Origin: Octopus sinensis | Taxonomy: Eukaryota | Assembly (NCBI RefSeq): GCF_006345805.1 | Contig: NW_021824044.1 | Coordinates: forward strand, 1 to 16,191 | Direction: 5' to 3' | Length of the DNA: 16,191 bases | Shown: positions 9,591 to 16,191 of the stretch, piece by piece | How positions within the stretch are numbered: the stretch's first letter is position 1 | Layout: every line of letters begins with the position of its first letter | Notes under the pieces: model-generated | Told to the model about the DNA's origin: nothing | The model's input: only the letters and a program-made list of their open reading frames with translations | The model's database searches: none | Translations under genes and position numbers: made by a program

Positions 9591-10057
9591 AACATACTGC
9601 CGCAGTACCACCGTACCCCCAAACACCCGCCCTCCAACTCACCACTACCGCCATCGTTGACATTGTGGTTTGCCGTAATTGTAATTGTTCTTTGCTAATT
9701 AATTGGCAGTTCATTAGTCGGTGTCTCTGCTATATTTTATATCGGTGTACACTAAGAATGGATAACAATTGCCAGAGGCCTAAATTAACGTCATCCCCCC
9801 CTTCCCCACACTATAAAATCTTTACGTATCGAAACAGTGTTTACTCTGTCATTGCGGTTATATTCTGTGGTGGTGGGTGAATTTTGGGACGCCTTGAGCT
9901 GATGCTTTAATTCTAATAAAAAATTATCGAGTGCTCTCATTAAAAACTGGAATATATTGAGTTTTTCTTAACACCCATATATGTTTGTTTTGGGTTTTTT
10001 TACCTCTTAGTCAGGAATGGAAAGGCAGTATCCATGACGTGTTTCTCTTTCGATACT

Positions 10058-10165
10058 GTCGACTTTGCCAATCATTCTTTCCAAATCGATAAAATTTAGA
10101 ACCAATGTAATCGACTTGCTCCCTCCGCCAAACAATGACAGACCTTGTACCAAAATTAGGGAAAA
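10058..10165 (+). mobile_element. Highly decayed body fragment of the Nin/Deu-like SINE
   Basis: gtcgactttgcc...tcgataaaatt...atgtaatcgactt.ctccctcc.ccaaa...ccttgtaccaaaatt is colinear with the 10856-11085 copy. Confidence 0.65.
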
Positions 10166-10220
10166 TATTTATTGATAACCTGTTAATTATTAATAAACTG
10201 TTAATGTGCTGTTTGAGGTT

Positions 10221-10607
10221 GCAGCGGTGAGCTGGCAAAATCATTAGAACGCCGAGTAAAACAGAGCTCAGCGGTATTTAGCGAACTGACAGAAACGTTA
10301 GCACGCCGGACGAAATGCTTAGCCGTATTTCATCTGCCGTTACGTTCTGAGTTCAAATTCCACCGAGGTCGACTTTGCCTTTCATCCTTTCAGGTTCGAT
10401 AAATTAAGTACCAGTTACGCACTGCAGTCGATATAATCGACTTAATCCCTTTGTCTGTCCTTGTTTGTCCCCTCTGTGTTTAGCCCCTTGTGGACGGTAA
10501 AGAAATAGGTATTTCGTCTGCCGTTATGTTCTGCGTTCAAATTCCGCCGAGGTCGACTTTGCCTTTCATCCTTTCAGGGTCGATTAAATAAGTACCAGTT
10601 ACGCACT
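10221..10607 (+). mobile_element. Compound Nin/Deu-like SINE: partial head (about 10221-10283), near-complete copy (about 10281-10508), headless repeat unit (10509-10607)
   Basis: gtatttc.tctgccgtta.gttctg.gttcaaattcc.ccgaggtcgactttgcctttcatcctttcagg.tcgat.aa.taagtaccagttacgcact occurs at 10325-10423 and 10510-10607. Confidence 0.9.
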
Positions 10608-10645
10608 TATACTCAAGGGTGGACTATACTCGAGGATTTACGGTA
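10607..10645. mobile_element. Orphan terminal inverted repeat of a Tc1/mariner-superfamily (Tc2/pogo-like) DNA transposon
   Basis: ttatactcaagggtggactatactcgaggatttacggta: ends in ...cgg|ta, with an internal direct repeat tatactc[a/g]ag (10608-10617, 10625-10634). The reverse complement taccgtaaatcctcgagtata resembles Tc2-type termini (recalled). No partner TIR in the window. Confidence 0.55.
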
Positions 10646-10855
10646 TTTTAGAAAATATACTGCAGATGTGATAAACATTTTTCTTTATATTCTCATTCAC
10701 TGATCTTTGATACATTCTGATTCATTTTCATTTATGTCTAAATATTTATACAATTCAGAATCGGTCGTAATTTATATTTTTACTTTTTGGCATCTTTTCC
10801 TACTCCAAACAATAGTTAAAGGCTTTGTAGGGCTTAATATGTACTACTGAGCAAT

Positions 10856-11085
10856 GGGATCGAACTACCAGAATATTTTGCTCGCCGGACAAAGTGTTTA
10901 GTGACATTTATTTTAGTTCTGTAGGTTCTGTGTTCAAGTGCCGCCGAGGTCGACTTTGCCTTCTGTACTTTCGGGGCCGATGAAGTAATTCTCAGTTAGC
11001 ACCATTTGAGTACTGGAACCAAAGTAATCGGCTTACCCCATCTCCTCAAATTTCCCGGCTTTGTGGCAAAATCTGAAACCGTTAT
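10856..11085 (+). mobile_element. Decayed full-length Nin/Deu-like SINE
   Basis: cgaactaccagaat...gccggacaaa...gttcaagtgccgccgaggtcgactttgcctt...ctttcggggccgat...gtaatcggcttacccc...ctttgtggcaaaatctgaaacc. Confidence 0.8.
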
Positions 11086-11397
11086 GTAATAGCTGTCTGT
11101 CTGTCTGTCAAGTTCTAGTACCTCTACCAAAGGACTATTCTAATGAAAGTTAAACCAAAACGGTTTTCACACAATTTTAGAATGCCCAGAAAAATCAGTA
11201 TATATCTTTAAAGGTACGTTCAAATGATTACTTTTCGATCAGATATCGATATTGAGACAAGTATTTTTCAGTTCTAGACGATTTGGAAAATATAGAAAAT
11301 ATATTTATCTTGAAAATGCTACGTCCATTTTTGTTACGGATGGTTACACCAGGTAAATGAGAACGTTGATTACAGACATTGCTCTCCGGCAAATTCA

Positions 11398-11806
11398 TTT
11401 ACTCTTTACTCTCTTTTACTCTTTTACATGTTTCAGTCATTTGACTGTGGCCATGCTGGAGCACCGCCTTTAGTCGAGCAACTCGACCCCGGGACTTATT
11501 CTTTGTAAGCCCAGTACTTATTCTATCGGTCTCTTTGCCGAACCGCTAAGTAACAGGACGTAAACACACCAGCATCGGTTGTCAAGCAATGCTTAGGGGA
11601 CAAACCAAGACACACAAACACATATATATATATACATATATACGACAGGCTTCTTTCAGTTTCCGTCTACCAAATCCACTCACAAGGCATTGGTCGGCCC
11701 GGGGCTATAGCAGAAGACACTTGCCCAAGATGCTACGTAGTGGGACTGAACCCGGAACCATGTGGTTGGTTAGCAAGCTACTTACCACACAGCCACTCCT
11801 GCGCCT
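11398..11806 (-). mobile_element. Full-length about 410-bp composite tRNA/CORE SINE with internal (CA/TA)n and (GAGTAAA)-like tail
   Basis: Minus strand: A-box tggctgtgtgg (11785-11795), B-box gggttcagtccc (11742-11753), CORE cttgggcaagtgtctt (11714-11729), body ...cttgacaaccgatgctggtgtgtttacgtcc...ggcggtgctccagcatggcc, tail gtaaaagagtaaaagagagtaaagagtaa. Confidence 0.93.
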
Positions 11807-12047
11807 GTTTTGAAGTTTTTTGTTTTAAATTTCTAAGTCAACATAATTAAACAACGCGAGGCTTTTAATGCTCCTTTGGAGAAAGTCGGACGAATAAGAA
11901 GTTAATATTTTTAGGTGAAAAATGCTATTTTGTGCAATGTCACGTACGTCACACTTTTTTCGATCCTCTTCAAAGAATTCCACATATATCTTTTTCTACT
12001 CCAAACGAGAGCTTTGTTGGGCTTATTACGTAATACTGAGCAATGAT

Positions 12048-12215
12048 GGACGAACTGGCAGATTCATTAGCATGCCGGACAAAATGCTTCACTGCGTTTC
12101 TTTCGGCTCCTTTACGTTATAAGTTCAAATGCCGTGGAAGTCGACTTCGCCTTTCACCCTCTCGAGGGGTCGTTAAATTAAGCACTGGAAATCGATGTAA
12201 TAAATACAATAAAAA
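12048..12215 (+). mobile_element. Decayed Nin/Deu-like SINE
   Basis: cgaactggcagattcattagcatgccggacaaaatgctt...aagttcaaatgccg...gtcgacttcgcctttcaccct...ggggtcgttaaattaag. Confidence 0.8.
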
Positions 12216-12334
12216 AAAGTTAAATACTTGCCTGGGGAGTCAAACTTGACAATGAAAAACGAATCAATACAATTCTTGTAAATATTCAAGTCTTACAGAT
12301 CAGATGTTTCATAATTGGTGTCTCTCTGACTGTG

Positions 12335-12740
12335 ACGCATGTCAAGCGCGTACGGCCTTGAAGCGTTTGACAATAGTGAAGGAACAGTTAAACTGGGGAC
12401 CATTTACAACAAATATTTCTAGGTCATCCATGAAGAAAAGGTCTTGGATGAACCTGGTCCTTTCCCTTATTATATAGTACCCTAAATCAGTTTTTTTTTT
12501 ATATTTATTAACTCAAGGGCAACGCGCACAGATCATAGAGAAGTCCCGATGTACGATCGCCTTGGAATATGCCAGTCGATATTTCCGCCAAACTGGAACT
12601 TACATCCATGATGTTGTCGGATACCGTAAGAACTCCCTGCTATTTCTTCATTGTTGTTTTAAAGTTCACCATGGTTACATCAAAAATTATGGACTTCCGT
12701 TATGATAATGACCTAATCACGTGAGACCGAATAAAAGTGC
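12335..12740 (-). pseudogene. Decayed reverse transcriptase fragment of an R4/Dong-like (RLE-type) non-LTR retrotransposon
   Basis: Manual minus-strand translation across 2-3 frameshifts and stops: F(Y)SVS(R)D*VIIITEVHNF / DVTMVNFKTTMKK*QGVLTV...EISTGIFQGDRTSGLLYDLCALPLS (GIFQGD at 12573-12556) / LGYYIIRERTRFIQDLFFMDDLEIF...IVKRF (MDD at 12431-12423). These match AFDSVxHxW, GIFQGDxxSxLLF and LFFMDDL in the correct order. The clade call rests on GIFQGD and FMDDL. Confidence 0.85.
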
Positions 12741-12770
12741 ACCACGTGATCGTTCAAGTCCACACGATAT

Positions 12771-12865
12771 CTTTTATCTTTTTGTCCTTTACTTGTTTTA
12801 CTTGCGGCCATACTGGGACACCACCTTGAAGAATTTTAGTCGAGCGAATCGACCCCAGTTTTTAG

Positions 12866-12912
<47 letters not shown>

Positions 12913-12988
12913 ATTATTATCATATTATTATATTATTATTATATATTATTATTTTATTATTATTATTATTATTATTATGTTGTTATTA

Positions 12989-13021
<33 letters not shown>

Positions 13022-13216
13022 GTTATTATTATTATTAATATATTATTATTATTGTTATTATTATTATTATTTTGCACAACCTGGTATTCACTCTATCGGT
13101 TTCCTTTTGCCGAACCAACAAGTTACGGGGACGTAAACACACCAACACTGGTTGTCAAGCAATTGTGGAGACCAAACACAGACACAAATACACACACACA
13201 CTCATATATATATATG
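12771..13216 (-). mobile_element. Headless composite SINE (family of 11398-11806) split by an (ATT)n expansion
   Basis: gcggccatactgggacaccacctt...gtcgagcgaatcgaccccag and ctatcggt...ttttgccgaacc...ggacgtaaacacacca.ca..ggttgtcaagcaat are colinear with 11446-11590. Confidence 0.88.
12861..13072. repeat. Imperfect (ATT)n
   Basis: Direct reading. Confidence 0.97.
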
Positions 13217-13217
13217 T

Positions 13218-13607
13218 AAAGAAGCCCGTCATATATATATATATATGTATGTATGTTTGTATGTATATATATATATGTATGTATGTTTGTATGTATATAT
13301 ATATATATATTCATTTATTTATATATATACATGTATGTATATATATATATATATATTCGTTTGTGTGTGTGTGTGTGTGTGTGCCTGTGTCTGTGTTTCT
13401 CCCCCCCCCCACCACCACTTGACAACTGGTGATGGTGTATTTACGTTCTTGTAACTGAGTGGTTCAGCAAAAGAGAATGATTGATTCATAGAATAAATAC
13501 TATACTTACAAAAATGATTACTGGGGTCGATTCGTTCGGCTAAAATTAATTCTTCAAGGCGGTGCCCCAGCATGGCCGCAATCAGTAAAAGATTAAAAGA
13601 TTAAAAG
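13218..13607 (+). mobile_element. Headless composite SINE (same family), plus strand
   Basis: Starts aaagaagcccgtc, then (TA/TG)n, cttgacaactggtgatggtgtatttacg, ctggggtcgattcgttcggctaaa, ggcggtgccccagcatggccgca, tail gtaaaagattaaaagattaaaag. Confidence 0.88.
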
Positions 13608-13829
13608 GTAACAGGTTATCGCATCCTACTCGCTAATTCTTTAGAGAGCAGTTATGAAAAAAAATTGCGGGTAAAGAATTACTGGGAAGGTAGTTAAATA
13701 GGGTGGATCTATCACTGGTTCTTATTCAAGGTCCTTATTGTTCTCCCAATAAAGATCCTTGTTCTAGGTTATCCTCGACAGCACTGAAGGTTGACGGGGG
13801 TTTGGAGGCGCAGTATAATCAAACAATAA

Positions 13830-13858
13830 TCATTATATATATATATACGTATATATAC

Positions 13859-13897
<39 letters not shown>

Positions 13898-13953
13898 CTA
13901 TATTATATATATATATATATATGTAATATATATATAATATATATATTATATAT

Positions 13954-14040
<87 letters not shown>
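13830..14040. repeat. Imperfect (TA)n
   Basis: Direct reading. Confidence 0.97.
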
Positions 14041-14041
<1 letters not shown>

Positions 14042-14074
14042 TTGTAAAACCTGCAAAGTTTTCTCCAAGCCTAT

Positions 14075-15155
14075 GCATTAATGTTCCTCCCCTACTGACC
14101 TCAAACTGAGGACCCATCATAGCTGGCCTGCTTGTGAAACCCACCGTTTGAGCAACTTCCTCGACATCTTACTTAAACCGTTTTTAAAATATGGGAAAAA
14201 CTTTATCAGGGATGACCTAGACATGTTGTATCACCTCCCGAAGACAGTAAAGAAAGGAACCCTGTTAGTATCATTCGATGTGGTGGATTTGTACACCGAT
14301 ATCCCACACAACTATGGTATAGAAGCAATCACCTTCTGGCTAGAAAAATACCCAGAAGAGATCCCAGGATGCATTAACCACAGATTCAAAATCGCAGCAC
14401 TCAAATTCATCCTGCTGAACAACTATTTCATGTTCGATACAGTTTACTATCGACAAATATGTGGAATTGCAATGGGAACTCAAGCTGACCCAGTGATTGC
14501 AAACCTTGTAATGGGTTACCTTGTGAATGTTCGTCCTTCGGTTCGAAGATGACCAACTGACATCATCTGATGGAACTGGCGCCATGAGACCGGAGGTGGC
14601 TGGTGAGGCCAATCCGGGCAAGGAAGCCCCCCCCCCCCACAGGTGGGGCAGAAGTGGGTAGGGGCCGTGCTACTGGTGCAGGCGGCTCTGGCTTTACGCA
14701 TCTGACGTTTCTGCTCCGCTGACCGAATCCGTCCCTCCTCGGCTGTCCCTGCTCCCACGGTGATTGCGCTGCGCCAGGATGAGCGGTTGGCAGCAAGTGT
14801 CTCCCAGGTCTCTGTTCCGATGGGTTACCTAGAACTTAAGTTATACCAATCATCACTAGAAAAATATGGCGCCTCATTTCATTGCTATTTAAAGGAGAAC
14901 TGGAAGAGGTATTTAGATGATTGCTTCATACTTTGGAAAGACAGCATGGACAAACTCCTCGATTTCAAAATAATGCTTAACAACATTAATAACAACATAC
15001 AATTCACCATGGAACACAACAGTAAACAACTCCCTTTTCTTGACATCCTAATTAAAATAGTTAACAACCACATCGAAACAGACATCTTTTATAAACCCGC
15101 AGATTCTAAACAATACCAATTATTTAACTCATGCCACCCCAAGCATATACGCCAT
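14075..15155 (+). pseudogene. Penelope-like element (Neptune-type) reverse transcriptase fragment, interrupted by an RTE insertion
   Basis: CINVPP(P)TDLKLRPIIAG(P)ACETHRLSNFLDILLKPFLK (small indels), LVSFDVVDLYTDIP, YRQICGIAMGTQADPVIANLVMGYL|ELK, WKRYLDDCF (YLDD 14910-14921), LPFLDILI, YKPADSKQYQLFNSCHPKH. Removing 14522-14830 gives one stop-free 233-aa frame (14148-15155). No GIY-YIG domain follows. Confidence 0.92.
14522..14819 (-). mobile_element. 5'-truncated RTE-clade LINE (ORF C-terminus plus short 3' UTR), 298 bp, 11-bp TSD
   Basis: TSD atgggttacct at 14511-14521 and 14820-14830. The minus strand encodes TETWETLAANRSSWRSAITVGAGTAEEGRIRSAEQKRQMRKARAACTSSTAPTHFCPTCG/GFLARIGLTSHLRSH (CCHH finger typical of RTE C-termini; frameshift in the C12 run 14627-14638). 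The UTR ends gtcatcttcgaaccgaaggacgaacattcaca. Confidence 0.92.
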
Positions 15156-15213
15156 TGAAACCGGGAAACCGGGCCCAGGAGCCTAGTTAAGCTTTAAAAG
15201 GTCGCATTTATTT
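15146..15213 (+). mobile_element. 3' tail of the CORE-type SINE family of 3695-3953, fused directly to the Penelope RT
   Basis: atacgccattgaaaccgggaaaccgggcccaggagcctagttaagctttaaaaggtcgcatttatt vs 3883-3948: 5 mismatches in 66 nt. Confidence 0.9.
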
Positions 15214-15267
15214 CTTTTATTTATATCATATTCTACTTTTATTTTTGTCGATGTATGTATCTGTCAA

Positions 15268-15732
15268 GGATCCTTTCGGCTTGAACGGCAGTTTTTTAAA
15301 ATAATTTCCACGTAACTAAACACTTTTAAACTTCGTATACTGGTAGAATGTGTTTATAAAACATCTTTTTCTCTTGGCTTTATTGAGAAAATTCTATAGT
15401 TTGTAAGATATTTGTTGTTCTTTTTCTTTCATTTCTGCAATTTCAACCGATCAAAGACGTCTATTGAGGTGAAAACATTCTGTGTCGTATGAATATGTCC
15501 CTCGTTTAAGAAACAGATTGGGTTTATTTACATTTCTGAAGAAAAAAAGATAACCTTCCCCATACCCCTAACCCTAACCCTAACTAACCCTAACCCTAAC
15601 TAACCCTAACCCTAACTAACCCTAACCCTAAAACAGATTGAAATGCAATAGATCGATACTAGGGTAATAATTATGGGTGACAGTTTCATATGACACCGCT
15701 AGAAAAAACTGCCGTTCAAACCGAAAAGATCC
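15268..15732. mobile_element. Complete non-autonomous DNA transposon (MITE), 465 bp, 30-bp TIRs, 8-bp TSD; possibly Merlin-like
   Basis: Left TIR ggatcctttcggcttgaacggcagtttttt (15268-15297) and right TIR aaaaaactgccgttcaaaccgaaaagatcc (15703-15732) are 28/30 complementary. TSD tctgtcaa at 15260-15267 and 15733-15740. No ORF. The superfamily is only suggested by the GG termini and 8-bp TSD. Confidence 0.93.
15566..15631 (-). repeat. Interstitial telomeric repeat (TTAGGG) array with a 16-bp higher-order unit
   Basis: Plus strand (CCCTAA)3 CTAA (CCCTAA)2 CTAA (CCCTAA)2 CTAA (CCCTAA)2: nine perfect hexamers. Confidence 0.95.
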
Positions 15733-16136
15733 TCTGTCAACTCTAACAATATGGATAAGCAGTTAAACCAAATAATTTTTTTTTTAAACCCAGCAAAACC
15801 TTAGCTAATTGCGGTGCTCCAGCATCGGCTCATCTTTTGGGCTGCTGCACATAAAAAGGTAAAAATAACATACCCAGTTTTTTTTCGCTAAGGTTATTTT
15901 ACTTTGATTGTACTTAAGTATGTGTCGCTTAATATAGCCATCTGTCTATCCATCTTCTATCTATCAGTGAATCAATCAACCCGCATAGATACATCGGCAG
16001 ATTGAAAATATGGAAACAGTTGAACGTTAAAACCTTCGACAATAAACTTTTATTTGTATTGTCTGTCACAGTATTCTATTTTACGACGTTTAAAATCCTG
16101 TAACTGCTTTCTGCTCTTGCGTTCCTTTCAGTCAAT

Positions 16137-16157
16137 ACACACACACACACACACACA

Positions 16158-16191
<34 letters not shown>
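16137..16191. repeat. (CA)n(CT)n compound microsatellite running off the window end
   Basis: Direct reading. Confidence 0.97.

Noticed and set aside
8503-9880. 232-aa and 208-aa ORFs with poly-L/S/H/D tracts
   Set aside because: Produced by in-phase trinucleotide repeats; open in several frames and on both strands; no domain or splice support.
12518-12625. Plus-strand exon candidate (aag|G ... acc|gtaaga; open frame QRAQIIEKSRCTIALEYASRYFRQTGTYIHDVVGY)
   Set aside because: It is the antisense of the R4-type RT motif GIFQGD, which explains the open frame; exonisation cannot be excluded but has no support.
15566-15631. True telomere or chromosome end
   Set aside because: Short, interrupted and enclosed within TIRs with ordinary sequence on both sides.
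15811-15829. gcggtgctccagcatcggc matching the composite SINE 3' region
   Set aside because: Only 19 bp with no colinear flanks; too small to annotate.

Overview
Eukaryotic, AT-rich, microsatellite- and transposon-saturated non-coding DNA, probably intronic or intergenic. The SINE families and simple-repeat density point to an Octopus-type cephalopod genome (inference, not verified). I can support no intact host gene, RNA gene or CRISPR array, and almost all listed ORFs are translations of simple repeats. The window holds: (i) about a dozen tRNA-derived SINE copies or fragments from at least four modular families; (ii) three retroelement coding remnants, namely a Penelope-like RT (about 14075-15155) split by a 298-bp 5'-truncated RTE LINE with a perfect 11-bp TSD and fused to a SINE 3' tail, plus a decayed R4/Dong-type RT on the minus strand (about 12335-12740) that the ORF track misses; (iii) a complete 465-bp MITE with 30-bp TIRs and an 8-bp TSD carrying a telomeric (CCCTAA)n array; (iv) several local duplications and inverted structures. 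The most curious items are the telomere-repeat MITE, the PLE/RTE/SINE nest, two 'flank + SINE' duplications and a head-to-head SINE fold-back. I see no clear evidence of a wholly new biological system.
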